NCBI GenBank assembly: GCA_964106915.2
Contig: OZ066922.1
From: Podarcis gaigeae
Taxonomy: Eukaryota
DNA: 64,000 bases
Strand: one strand, 5' to 3'
This document shows positions 51,642 to 64,000 of this stretch, piece after piece (within the stretch, counting starts at the first letter, position 1; each line of letters opens with the position of its first letter). Made by a program: the position numbers and the translations under genes. The notes under the pieces are model-generated. The model was not told the origin of the DNA. It saw only the letters and a program-made list of their open reading frames with translations, and searched no databases.

Positions 51642-53789
51642 GGTTAGAGGAGTAAGGGACAGCATCATATGGGTGCCTACTGAAATTTTTGTAACCCATG
51701 GCCCTCAAAAACCTGGAGTTGGTCCTGAAATTCTCTGGCAAATTTAAGTCATGTATTTCACTTTGATGAAGAAAAGAAAGCACAAGTGCTATATTAGACT
51801 TAAGAACAGCTTGGTGTTGCCATACAATAATATGAAAAAAACACTTAACAAAGTATGCCCCTGCCAGCAAACTGTGGTGTGTTACGGAAGATGGGGTTCC
51901 TGAAAGCTTACATTTCAAAGATATGTAGGAGAATTCTTTAAAGAAAACATTTTAATGTGCAATTCTGTTTTAACAGCAAAATCTGCACTTATTTTAGATC
52001 TTGTACAGATGGCATTATTTTACTAAATTGATGAATATGCATAACATTCAAAGGCTAAAATGTAAAGTGGATTGGAAAGATTTTCATTTAATTTAACTAA
52101 TTTCTTATTGCTCAAGGAAGTTACAGGTTCTAAGCAAAACCTGTCTGTTAAGTCTAACGGTATGATCCTTCATAGGTATACCTGTGAACTGCTTGCTGCC
52201 ATAAATACAGATAAAAATGGTATGCAGGTCCATCCTTAAGACCCAGCTCCCTCTCAAGACCACCTTATGCGGGAGGGTGGTGACTGGGACTTGTTCCTCA
52301 TCTCACTAACTGCTTCAGTGGTATATCGTTTGCCTTGCTGTTCCCTCTTAATCCCCACTATAGTTTCCTATCTTCATAAGTCACACCCACAAGGTTCATC
52401 TGACACCACAAAAGCTTTCATGCTGAATTTGGGTGAATAATTGCAGCTACAAAGAAAAGTTTAAAGTTTTTCATGGAGTAAGAACCAGGTAATGGCTGCA
52501 ACGTGAGATTGATAAGTAAGTTAATGTATATGATTTCTTAGAATTTTATTAGACAGCCACAATTATTATCATACTTGGTTGCAGTAACATATTTTTATTA
52601 TTTGTTGTAACAGTACAAAAAGTGACCATTTGCTCTTCTGTAAATTTTTAAGGCTCTTTTAAAGCCATGTGTTACAAAATAATCCTGTAGATTTAGTAAT
52701 GCTTTGACAATAAAAGGTTTAGTTGGATAAAATATTCAAAGATAACCTTCTAAGAAAATTGATGAAAAGCTTAAAATAGTCTTCTCATCATACAAAAGTA
52801 TTGTGCTAAACTAATAGTATGAGATAAATGTGTATAAAATGCTAGCAATCATTTTCAAATGGTAGAATATAGTAGAATAGACTTTATAGTAGAACAGTCC
52901 CCCCCCCCCCCCCCCGCCGTTACACTCTCTTTTCCAAAAGGTTTGGCAGAAAAAGTGGGGATGACTGTTCTTAAATGCTCACCACAGTAATTGTTATATA
53001 CAATTAATTTACTGCCACAGGCTGTTAAAAAAACAACATTCAATATGTTTTAAGAATAACTGAATCGCTAAGGAATAAGCACTTGCAATGTATTAAGTGA
53101 AACATTAAACACAAGTGTAGCTATATAAAGCAGCCCTACTTCAATACTCCAGTAGACAGTAATTTAAGTTTGTATCTGTCACCGATAAAGATTTCAGAAC
53201 ACCTCTGCGATGACTGGGGGAGGGAAAGACTGGCTTTAGATGAAATGCTGTTTTTAAAAGAAATTACTGCTGTAGATGTGGAAGTTCTTATTTCCACTAT
53301 GGCCTAGACGTATGGCACAGAATTTAGTTATAAAAGCAAGCCTGCATTTCATGGGCATATTATCGTTCTGTAGCAAGAAAATGTAAATGTGCTAAGTCTT
53401 TAATTTTATGGCGTTTTAAATACTGTTGTTCCAGCAGCTCTGACAGTACTATGGTGGAGCTGTCATTTCCATTATGAACTCTGTTTTTCAAACACTCTTA
53501 TTTTACCAGAATACATATCTGGTGGTGGAAATTCAGTAAACTAATGTTCCTATTAATTCGGATATTACCCCCCAATGTTTTGAAAAGTACAGGTTTTTGT
53601 TTCATAGGCTTGAGTTGTATAATTAGAGACCCTGGCTAGGTCTTAGTGACATGTGTATAGACTTCAGGCTTGTCTCCTCCTCCCACTCTGCATCTCCTTT
53701 AGTGCAGCATAAGAATTCAGACATACATACTTTAAAAAAACTAATTGCAGTTTAGCTTTACAGCCCAACCCTAAACCTTGTTACCTGTC

Positions 53790-54165
53790 ATCCCATGCCT
53801 GAAGATCTGTGTGATAGGCCCTGCTGAGAGGTCATTCATATCTCATGGTGTGACAATGTGGAGCATGATCTTATCTGTTGTAGCACCCTGCATGTGTAAT
53901 TCCCTCTTCGGAAAGATCCAGTTGTCCCAAACACTGCTTTTAGGAATCAGATTAAGGTAAATTTATTTTGCCTGGCTCATGGATTTAGCTCCCGGGAGAG
54001 ATTTCCGCTGGATTGACTGAATTTATTGATGTTTTGTTGTTCTGTTTTAGGATTTGTTTGATGTTGTAAGTTTTACGGTTACTGTGCAGATTTGTGAATT
54101 TAATATATTGTTAGGCACTGCCTTGGGAACTTTTGAGCTGAAGTGTGGAATAGAAATATAATAGC
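53790..54165 (+). mobile_element. Degraded L2-type 3' end
   Basis: tctgttgtagcaccc..tgtgtaattccct, T-rich UTR, ctgccttggg..gtggaatagaaatataat tail. Confidence 0.55.
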
Positions 54166-54174
54166 AGTGATGAT

Positions 54175-54360
54175 GAACACAGGAAGCTGCCTTATACCAA
54201 GTTAAACCACTGGTCCATCCAGGCCAGTATTATTGATGCTGACAGCAACTGCTCTGAAAGGTGTTAGATAGAATCTTTCCTAGCCCTGCCTAAATATGTT
54301 GGGGACTGAACCTTTTGCACTGAAGGCATGAGGTCTATCACTGATCTACAGCTATTCCCC
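54175..54360 (-). mobile_element. tRNA-headed SINE with CR1-type tail
   Basis: aggaagctgccttataccaag..accactggtccatc..ggggactgaacc..tctatcactgatctacagctattcccc. Confidence 0.7.
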
Positions 54361-54520
54361 AAACTAAGGGTCCCCCCTTAAGAAAGAACCTTCATAAATG
54401 AAGTTGACTTGTCTCAGTAGACCATAGCTAAGACAATCAGAGTTTGTCCTTGTTCATATATAGCACTAACTGCCTAGCTTAAAATTCAAGTGAAAGCTCC
54501 TGATCTTCTTGTGGCCACAC

Positions 54521-54589
54521 GAGAAGAGAAGAGAAGAGGAGAGGAGAGGAGAGGAGAGGAGAGGAGAGGAGAGGAGAGGAGAGGAGAGA
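54521..54589 (+). repeat. (GAAGA)n/(GGAGA)n pentanucleotide microsatellite
   Basis: Seen directly. Confidence 0.97.
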
Positions 54590-54782
54590 CCACCAATGTC
54601 TTACACAACACTAAACCATAGTGTTTATACGAATGCCAAATGATCCAAACAAAGAACAAAAATTCTATGGACAGTTTACAGATCACTGGGATTTTCTCTA
54701 CTTCTTTTTACACATTTTATAAAGCTTGGCTGTATTAAAAAAAAAGAACAAGGGGAAAAAGGAGGGAAATTATACACATAAT

Positions 54783-54995
54783 AGTGCAATCATTTCCCAA
54801 TCTACTCAGAACTGTGCTCAATGGGGCTTACTCACCAAGCAGTGTGTTTAGCTAATTTGGTGCCCTCTAGATGTTGCTGGACTACAAATCCCACCATCCC
54901 TGACTATTGCCCATGTTGGCTGGGTCTGGTGTGAGTTTTAGCCAAACAACATCTGGAGGGCACCACACTGTCTACCCTCAATTTAGGATTATAGC
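54783..54995. mobile_element. ~90-bp MITE-like repeat interrupted by a palindromic hAT-type MITE (about 54850-54980)
   Basis: gtgcaatc..tactcagaa..caatggggcttactc [ggtgccctctagatgttg..caacatctggagggcacc] ttaggattatagc. Confidence 0.65.
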
Positions 54996-55844
54996 TGCAG
55001 AGGACAGTCTGAGAGATCACTTCTTGGGAACAGAGGTCATCTCATGCAATTGCGCATACTGACACTAGTACCCCCTTCACCACTGATCTTGAGATAGGAG
55101 CAAATTCTCAAGGCTTTGAGGGATTAATACTAGCTTTGGGGATGAGAGTCTGCATCTTTTCCTCTCTGGGAAGCTGGACAGCTTTCTTTCTTCAAATTCT
55201 CTCTGGACCCAAAGGCACAGCATGGGCCAAAGAGATCTGGGCACAGGAGGCCAAATACTATCTCTTGCGAAAAGTCATAAATATGCATCAGTCCCCATCT
55301 CCAGAATCTGTGAGTTTGTTAAGAATAAAGTTTAGGAGAGGAAGTGGAATGCAAAATAGTGAATTGAAAAAGAAAGACACATTTCAAGCCCAACCATTCC
55401 ATGCAGCTACTTAAACGTAAGCTTATAGTCTCCTTGTGAATAACATAGCAACTGGAATGGTCAGGTCAAAACACAATTGTCCCAGAGTATATTACTTCTA
55501 GTAAAAAAAAAAAAAAAGCTCCCTCAAAACTAAGAATGGCACATTTATCTTGTAATACACTAAGTCATCAATAAGCCCTCAGTTTTTAAATGAGTTCATT
55601 TACTTTCACTGGCTAAAACAGTAAAAGATTTTGTAAGACCATAAATGTTAATCTTCTCTCATCCACAAAATTATAATCCTCTGGGTATTTTGCTTCCCCC
55701 AGTAGTAATGACAATATGTAGTTTGACTTTACCTATGAGATTGCTTTACCCTACATGTGCCCGCCCACTTGACCGCTTTGATCAGTTGAACTTACACAAC
55801 TACAGTTGCCACACAATCCCTGTTCCACATTTGTAATACCTTGA

Positions 55845-56057
55845 TCCTTTAGTGTGGCAGCACTGACACTTTGGAACTCCCTGCCTATTGAGATCAAGCA
55901 GTAGCCTTCACCTGCTAAAAACATTCCTGTTTTAATCTGTTTTAGAATTTTTAGTTTTAAAGTAGGGTTGTAGATTTTTCTTGGCTAGTTTTATTGTTTT
56001 ATCTTTTGTAAACTGCTTTGTGGTTTTTTTACAATTAAGTGGCGTATAAATTTTATG
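55845..56057 (+). mobile_element. Degraded L2-type 3' end
   Basis: cctttagtgtggcagcac..tggaactccctgcc..ttgtaaactgctttg..ggcgtataaat. Confidence 0.65.
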
Positions 56058-56700
56058 ACTTTATTTTGGTCATGGGACCATTTTTTTGGTCATTCCTCTT
56101 GTATGAAAAGGAATTGCAGGCCTCTTTACCTCTACCACACATCTTTGCTGGCCATTATGGCAGTTGCTTCAGCACCACTTCTTTTTAAAACAATCTTCTT
56201 CCTGTTGACTACCTGAAGCTAGACAATCAAGAGGTTTCCATGCAGTTTTTTGGTTCTGGGTCTATAATTTAGGTATTTGTGGGCAGATGCTAGTAGGATG
56301 GCCTGGGATGCTAATGCTCACCAAACAACCTAGGAATAAATATCTGAATGTGCATCCCCTTGAAAGCAATGCAGTATAGATAGGCAGTATTTACACTCAG
56401 ATGAACATTTTGATGAACAGTTCATAATACAGTAAGTGACAGTTTCTACATTTTGACCTCCTGAATTGAAATGGGGTGCCTGTCTTGCCATGCTGTGCTG
56501 GAATTTAATGTCCTGCCAATGCAGTGTGTCCTTGGCAATAGGCCAAAGCATGTCCTGCTCCACCACAAACAAGACTGTACCTCTCTAAAAGTCACCAAAG
56601 CATGTGACATGAAAATTTCCACAAAACCTAGGTTCTCACCTAATGAGAAATGGGAAGAAGATAAAATCCTCAAATGCTAAATTCCAACTCCTAGTGATCA

Positions 56701-57353
56701 GGGCCACTGGTCCCATCACCTCCTGGCAAATAGAAGGGGAAGAAATGGAGGCAGTGAGAGATTTCACTTTCTTGGGTTCCTTGATCACTGCAGACGATAA
56801 CAGCAGTCACAAAATTAAAAGACACCTGCTTCTTGGGAGAAAAGTAATGACAAACCTAGACGGCATCTTAAAAAGCAAGAACATCACCTTGCCAACAAAG
56901 GGCTGCATAGTGAAAGCTATGGTTTTCCCAGTAGTGATGTATGGAAGTGAGAGCTGGACCATAAAGAAGGCTGACCGCCAAAGAATTGATGCTTTTGAAT
57001 TATGGTGCTGGAGGAGACTCTTGAGAGTCCCATGGACTGCAAGAAGATCAAACCTATCCATTCTTAAGGAAATCAGCCTTGAGTGCTCACTGGAAGGACA
57101 GACCGTGAAGCTGAGACTCCAGTACTTTGGCCACCTCATGAGAAGAGCAGACTCCCTGGAAAAGACCCTGATGTTGGGAAAGATTGAGGGCACAAGGAGA
57201 AGAGGATGACAGAGTACGAGATGGTTGGACAGTGTTCTCGAAGCTACCAGCATCAGTCTGACCAAACTGTGGGAGGCAGTCGAAGACAGGAGTGCCTGGC
57301 GTGCTCTGGTCCATGGGGTCATGAAGAGTTGGACATGACTAAACAACAGCAAA
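56701..57353 (+). mobile_element. BovB (RTE) LINE, 5'-truncated
   Basis: ATGPITSWQIEGEEMEAVRDFTFLGS..IVKAMVFPVVMYGSESWTIKKADRQRIDAFELWCWRRLLRVPWTARRSN..SLEKTLMLGKIEG; (CAA)n-like tail; TSD agtgatca (56693-56700, 57354-57361). Confidence 0.96.
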
Positions 57354-57479
57354 AGTGATCATTAGATTTTCACACCTGGCAAGTTCAATTCTTACCCTAT
57401 GCTACAGAACAAACACAAACAGGTCTCATTTTCTGAACACCATGTATTTCCACTAAATTGTTAAGTTAGGTGAGCGTTT

Positions 57480-57820
57480 GCATAACAAGCTCACAATTTC
57501 CATTATATCCTATGGGGACATTTATATGCCATAACCCCCCCACAATTGCTTCCAAAAATGGCTGCAGCCAACCAGCAAAAGACAGACAAAGGAAAAACTG
57601 TCCTGCTCTCTTATTTGTCCAATCTCTCTTCCCCTTCCTTCTCTCCATGGTCTACCAGAAAATAGCTGTCGCCAACCAGAAAAACAGAATAAGTCAGGGA
57701 AAACTCTGGCTGTTCAGATAGCTGAATCAGCCATGCATATAGTGAGCTTTGGGCATAATTATTTGTATTTGGATAAGTGAATTTTCACATAATGAGAGGG
57801 CAGATAGTGGGAGCTGTGTG
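57480..57820. mobile_element. Old dispersed repeat, copy 2 (partner at 27050-27445)
   Basis: Collinear shared blocks in the same orientation as the 27 kb copy. Confidence 0.7.
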
Positions 57821-59229
57821 GAGTAGGAATTGCCTATCTAATAAATTGCCTTCTGTTTTTTGCTGAACATGAAATAATTTGAAAAATACAAATTTTACTT
57901 TTTAAAAATTCCCTTTATCATATTCTGGACAATAAGCATCCCCATTAAAAATAAATTATTTTATTGGTACCTTCATCTGCGGGGATTTTAAGCAATTCAG
58001 GTTCCCCTGGATTGTGTCACCCTATTTGTTCCTGACTGTCAGAAGCTAAGTAGCTGAAATGGCTTAGTTTCCAGTTGGATGGCGTTTTGTAAAGCATTTC
58101 ATGCACTGGAGGAATCTGGAGTAGACACTAAGACCAATATTAATCTTTGTTGATCGGGAAGAATGCCAGGAGTAGATATTTGAAGACAAGGATTAATATG
58201 GGAATGTAGAAGAAATCCTTCCTTACTCTTAGCCTTTTATTTTAAACAAGAACAGTGGAATCTACAAGACACTGGTGCTCTTACATTTCGGCAGTGCTCC
58301 TTCTGCGTGTCACACTCTTATTACTAATGCCTGTGGTGTCCATGTGTCAGACGAAAAGCTTGTCCTTCTAACGTCTCCATTGTAATGTGGAAACTCCTCT
58401 CTCCACCTAACACATTTGCTAAGGCCACTTTAAAAATAAGTTTCACATAATTTCCAACAGAAATATGGACAGCAGTGAAGCAAGATTCAAGTTAACTAAG
58501 AAGAATAAATAGTTGTAAAGAAAGCAAGTTCTTATGCCCATATCTAGTAGCAGCTAGTCCCAACTTAAGAGAGTAGTATAAATTTAATGCTCAAGGGCTG
58601 GCATCACTGTATGGTTGCTGAAGCTTCTGCACCCACCTCAATTTTCTTCCGTCTACGGTCTCCTGGGGGTTGGAGCTATGACAGCTGCCTGGGTGAAGAA
58701 GAGGAAGCAGTACTGTAGTAGCAAATTCTCCTAGCTGCACTGATCAACTACCTGCTTATAAACCAAGCAAGAACAGCTAGGAGGAATAAATAATGACTGC
58801 CTCTCCACAGGCTACTGATCAGTTGCCCATCCAGTAGCACAAAAGACAGCAGCTTCCATCAAGGATAACTTTGGGGGGGGGAGAGAGAAACTTATGGTGG
58901 TGGCACTTTGCTGCAGGTCCTTTCAAACCTGGAACCAGCCCTGATAATGCTGGTTTTCTGCTAACCATCATGCCATCAGAAGCTGGTAGCAAGAAAATAC
59001 TTAGATCCTCCCCTCCTATAACAAATTCCACCCCATGGAATTCTTAACCCTGCTGTTAAGACATATCAGGAAAGGCCTTGACCAGAGTTGAAGCTATCCA
59101 AGGTATTTGCTTAACCAGGATTTACAATCTTTAACAGGAATAAACAGGTTTCTCATCTTAACCAGACTGAAGTAACTTCAGCTGCAGTCAAGAGAGGCAC
59201 TTGTATAAACATTAACCACTATGTGAAGT

Positions 59230-59363
59230 CAAAACTGAAGAAGTGTGCATGCACACGAAAGCTCATACCAAGAACTGACTTAGTTGGTCTTTAAGGTGCT
59301 ACTGGAAGGAATTTTTTTTGTTTTGACTATGGCAGACCAACACGGCTACCTATCTGTAACTGG
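59230..59363 (+). mobile_element. Penelope-like element terminus with hammerhead core
   Basis: 13-bp TSD cactatgtgaagt (59217-59229, 59364-59376); CTGAAGAAGTGTGCATGCACACGAAAGCTC at 59235-59264. Confidence 0.85.
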
Positions 59364-59472
59364 CACTATGTGAAGTGTATGTTTGTCTAAAAGGGTATGA
59401 GAGAGATGCACCAGGGAAGGCAGAGATTATAAGGAACCTGCAAAAGTACAGGCTTTTCCTAATCTGTTAGGA

Positions 59473-59800
59473 CAGTGGTTTTCAACCAGCGTGCCGTGGC
59501 ACCCTGGGGTGCCTTGAATGATGGCCAGGGGTGCCACAGGTAACACTAACGTCTGTCCCTCGTTCCTTCCCGCCCTCCTCTGATGCTGTCTCACATCTCT
59601 GCCTCCCAAAGGCTTGCACAGCTGTTTGTTGCAGAAGCCCTGGCTACAAGCACTGCAAGCGAATGGTGCCTCTGGGGCAGGGGGATGCTGGTTGTTGAGT
59701 TGAGGTGGCTTTAGAGCGAGCAAGCAAGCAAGCAAGCGGGTGAGGGTAGGGGGTCAGGGGGAAGGAGGGGAAGGGGAGCACGAAAGCGAGAGAAGAGGAA
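59473..59800 (+). mobile_element. hAT (Charlie-like) transposon end fragment
   Basis: CAGTGGTTTTCAACCAG.GTGCCGTGGCACCCTGGGGTGCC terminus; partner TIR not found, right boundary approximate. Confidence 0.55.
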
Positions 59801-60110
59801 AAGGAGCTTTGAGGCAACATCATTCAGCCATCCCATAAACAAATCAGAGTGAATGCTTATTAAATATAGAAATTTAACAAATATAACATAATAATGATAA
59901 TAAATGGTCAGCATCATCTGATCTCGCTTCAAATACATCAAGATGAGTGCTCATTAAACAAGCCATCTGGCAGCACTCAGAATTGGTGAAAAAGAATGTC
60001 TTCCATTACCTTGGAATCCTATCACTTCAGTTCTCCAAGTAAGAAACATGAGCAAATATAACGATATGTTTTTATATTACTGAGGGAAAAATTAGAGTAC
60101 AACAGCATAA

Positions 60111-60264
60111 CCTTGGGCCAGTCACACTTCTTTGAAGTCTCTCAGCCCCACTCACCTCACAGAGTGTTTGTTCTGGGGGAGGAAGGGAAAGGAGAATGTT
60201 AGCTGCTTTGAGACTCCTGAAGGGGAGTGAAAGGCGGGATATCAAATCCAAGCTCTTCTTCTTC
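60111..60264 (+). mobile_element. 5'-truncated MIR/Ther1-derived SINE (Squam3-like)
   Basis: Highly similar to the reverse complement of 11440-11595; (CTT)n tail. Confidence 0.88.
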
Positions 60265-61376
60265 ATAACTAACGTCACACCTCAAACTAGTTGGCATATG
60301 CACAAAAGAGCACTTAGAAGAAAACTTCCATTTGTTCATATTCTGTCATTCTACAAAAATGAAGATCTTCTTGTTTCCATATCCTTCATCTCCCCTTTAA
60401 GCACTGAGATGTGGTTTCCTCAAAAGCAAAATACTCATTAGGTTACTTGTCTGACACAAGCAGATCTTGAATCAATTTAGCAAGCATGAGTTATAATTGA
60501 CTTGGAAAGGAATTATTTCTGTTTATGAGCCTCCTCAGATGTGTAGCCAAAGGGACAATTTAGAAATATTTCAGCCAAGTCAGATATACAAACGCAATAT
60601 CTAGCACTCAGGAAAATTATAGCATGTAGATTTATGTCATTTCCCAAGAACTCTGTTTCCACAAATGAATGAATGGAACAGAAACACTACAAATATGAAT
60701 ACACACGTCAGATGAATATTTGAATTATTCTTCCTCTCAATGTCTAATAATTGAGATTTAACAAATGTTTGTTTCAATATGCCACATTAGAATATGCAGT
60801 GCTAGTTTGTAGAAAATTGGTCTAAGGTAGGATAGTAGGCTTAATTCTATTATTCATGATATGGAATCATGAACCAACTGCAATTTTATCAATCAAAATA
60901 CATGCCTTTGAGTTCAGTTCTAAACATATTGTTTGTATTGACTTCAATTTCTCTCAAATAAGTTGCTCACCTTGACAACTATAAAGCCCAATAAAGAAGT
61001 CCCATTAAGTTTTATGCAACTTTCTTCCAAGTAAATATACACAGGTGGAATAAATATTAATCAGAAGTAACTTCCATTGATTTCAGTGAGGTTTTCTCTC
61101 GTTAGTGAGTACAGGATTACAGACTGAACACCGTGGAAGGGATGGTACTGCATGACATATATCAGTACTGTACACTGGCACAACTGGCTGTAAAAGATTG
61201 CCATTATTTAATTCTCAAGTATTGCCTATTATTACCACAATGACTGTATTGCTGTAGTGCATGGAAATATGTTTCTCGTTTCTACAAATCTGACAATTCT
61301 ATCCAGAAATACTGATCATATCTGAAATAAGCATGGTCCCAGAAATTCCACCCATAATCTAGATCCACATACATAT

Positions 61377-61738
61377 AAAAAGGTAAAGGTAAAGGTACCC
61401 CTGACCGTTAGGTCCAGTCGCGAATGACTCTGGGGTTGCGGCACTCATCTCACTCTTTAGGCCGAGGGAGCTGGGGTTTGTCTGCAGATAGCTTCTGGGT
61501 CATGACGCCAGCATGACTAAGCCGCTTATGGCGAACTAGAGCAGCGCACGGAAATGCCGTTTGCCTTCCCGCTGGAGCAGTACCTATTTATCTACTTGTA
61601 CTTTGACGTGCTTTCGAACTGCTAGGTGGGCGGGAGCAGGGACCGAGCAATGTGAGCTCACCCCGTCGCGGGATTCAAACCACCAACCTTCTGATCGGCA
61701 AGCCCCAGGCTCTGTGGTTTAGCCACAGCGCCACCCGA
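61377..61738 (-). mobile_element. Sauria SINE, near full length, CpG-rich (young)
   Basis: (AAAGGT)n tail, tacctatttatctac core, cacagcgccacccg head. Confidence 0.92.
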
Positions 61739-61913
61739 TATACAAATATAATAATAAATAAATTATGAATTCCTCTATGACATATGGAGAATGATTTTAA
61801 AAGAAAAATTGTTTATTAATTATTGTCATGTTGGGCAAAATCAACACTGCCACAGATACAATCATGCTCCTGAAGTATGCACCAGCCAGCAAATGACTTT
61901 CAACATTTGCTTA

Positions 61914-62004
61914 CAGCGTAATCCTAACCATCTCCACGCAGAAGTAAATACTACTGAACCCAATGGGGCTTGCTCCCAGGTAAGTAGGATTAGGATTTCT
62001 GCCT
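61914..62004. mobile_element. ~90-bp palindromic MITE-like repeat
   Basis: aatcctaa..cagaagtaa..caatggggcttgctcccaggtaagt..ttaggatt; ends inverted. Confidence 0.65.
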
Positions 62005-63745
62005 GAATAAACTGTTTAGTGCTTGTACAATGATTCTAGTTCAACATACTGCAAATCATTTTGACTTTTAGTGTGCACCACTGTTGGTTATAGAAACTGG
62101 GGTCAATTCTGTCACATTCTCTGTGAGTTTAAGTCAATATTACTCAAGTATGTAAAATTCCACCCAGTTTAAACATACAGATACCCAAGGACAACTTTGC
62201 AGAACTACAATATCCTATTCAATGGTGTTCCTTGTGATAGATGGCTGTTTTAGTGGTGACATCCATCCAGAGAACTGGGAGATTATTTTCACTAGTTCTT
62301 CCTCTCCGTGCAGCTCCCTGCACACTCCCAAAACTGCTAAAGGGTTAGGATCATAATATGTGACAGTGGAGCATGTATAAGCCCACTTCACCCTGTTACA
62401 CTTAACGCTTCTGCCCCCGGCCTGCCTGTTCCACCTCCTTTTCCAGCCACTTCTGGGTTGCTGTGATGTGCGCATGCACAGCCACACATCAATTGGACAT
62501 GCATAAATTGGCCATTGTCTGTAATACATACATGTGTGCACACCCAAACTATGATAAGTTGGGATTCAAGTGAATCCTGAAGTACTGATTGCCTATGACA
62601 AAATTTGGATCAATATTGTAAGGGGAACTGCATCATTTTTATCTCATTTTGTATCTTACAAAACAGCTGTTTACTCCAGCACATAACTAAACAATAGAAG
62701 TTACCAGCATGCAAACAATTAAAGAAAGTAACTGTAACTTAGTGCACAAGAATCACAATGCCTTAAAGTGTGTACAAGTCCTTTGAAGGCCAAAGCTTTG
62801 TTTGTCCTACAGATAGCTTCTCCAACTGAAAAGCGTATGCCTAGAATTCATGCTCTGTTATACTCAGTCTGATCAATTAGTAATAAAGAATAATGGTTTT
62901 TATCCGTGGAGTGAGATCACCTGGGCTCACTGTTCACTCATTACTTTATAGGTTGAAATGCCAGTCCTTTATGAGTCTCTGGAGCATGCATGCCCCTTCA
63001 TTACAGGGAGAAAGTAATAAGTGAATGGGGTAGCACAGCATTTATATGAGCGTGATATTTTTCTGAAAGCCCAGTAAAACAAAGCCATTCTTTACAAGGA
63101 CAGGTTGGTGGGCAGGGAGGTATTGCATTCAAACAAATGCTGCATAGCCTATTCGCTCTTTAATTTCTACTTGTAGTGAATGGAAGGGGCATGCATGAGC
63201 AAAAGACTCATACCAAATTGAGATTTCTCTGGGGAAATTAATGAGCAAACAGGCCCGCAAGGTTGGTTCAAGCCATAAATACTCCACATCTGAGCTATCC
63301 CATTAGACTGTATCCTGGAAGGAACTCTATTTGTTGTCAAGAGCAAAACAAAATCTCAATTAACTCAATTACATCCCGGTATATAGAGCCTTTCTAGAGG
63401 TGTCTCTGAAAAGTGTTCCAAAAGATTGAGTGACCTGTAGGGCAATCTGAAGAAAGCATGACCTCTAGGCTCTGCAAAAGAGGCCAATCCCGCTCCATCC
63501 AAGTCTGAGGGCCAAACATGTTAATTGCATGTTAACAGGAGCTCAGGACTGTGGCAGAAAAAAAGTCATACTTCCCCTCTCACCCCCAGCATTCCAAGAC
63601 TGTTCAGGCTTCCCTTACCTGCTATTTACATAACAAACAAACAAAAAAAATGGGTCTGTTAATGGCATTCATTAATTCCACATCTAGCTTAGTCCCAAAA
63701 TACACAAAGAAATCAGGGGAGTATAGGATTGAGTGTCTCTTTCTC

Positions 63746-63749
<4 letters not shown>

Positions 63750-63808
<59 letters not shown>

Positions 63809-63822
63809 ATGAATGAATGAAT
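63750..63822 (+). repeat. Compound (CA)n(GA)n(GAAT)n microsatellite
   Basis: Seen directly. Confidence 0.97.
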
Positions 63823-64000
63823 CAAGGCATAGAAGCAGTGAAGATCCACATCACTTTCATCTTCTCTAAAGCTCAGCAAAAATTGAAGCAAAACCCTTCC
63901 CCTGAGTCTTCTGAGGTCTCTCTCTCCTCTCACATTTTGCCTTGCATTTTGAGGAAGGAATGAAGTAAGCAGCTAAAGTATTAATGGTTCTCTAGCATGA

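Larger units (their letters stand above)
17333..64000 (-). other. TENM3: Teneurin intron upstream of the exon (no preceding coding exon seen in window)
   Basis: Inference from the exon; no sequence encoding the preceding teneurin exon (ending ..TDTEHENKSDSEN) recognised. Unseen non-coding or alternative first exons cannot be excluded. Confidence 0.65.

Noticed and set aside
56643-57352. 188-aa and antisense 181-aa ORFs as host genes
   Set aside because: BovB reverse-transcriptase remnant and its antisense shadow.
18207-59363. CRISPR-like or prokaryotic system suggested by recurring palindromes
   Set aside because: Repeats are dispersed transposon copies with TSDs in vertebrate DNA; no regular spacers or cas-like ORFs.

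Overview
AT-rich, CpG-depleted vertebrate DNA. The repeat content (Sauria SINEs, MIR-derived SINE with (CTT)n tail, BovB, CR1, L2, L1, Penelope termini, hAT and Tc1/mariner MITEs) indicates a squamate, most likely a lacertid lizard (inference). I find one convincing host exon: a 210-nt, phase 1/1, minus-strand exon at 17123-17332. It encodes a Pro/Ser-rich segment of a teneurin intracellular domain, best matching TENM3. The rest of the window is therefore probably TENM3 intron. Apart from this exon and LINE-derived remnants, the ORF-track entries look spurious. The most interesting signal is four short Penelope-type insertions carrying all or part of a minimal type I hammerhead ribozyme motif. 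One copy is complete and on the teneurin sense strand (33818-33855). Another sits in the loop of a 41-bp fold-back about 0.9 kb upstream of the exon. Hammerheads in Penelope elements are a known class, so any novelty lies in their arrangement and possible effect on this pre-mRNA. I see no evidence for a wholly new protein-coding system. Family names come from recall of consensus sequences, not database searches.
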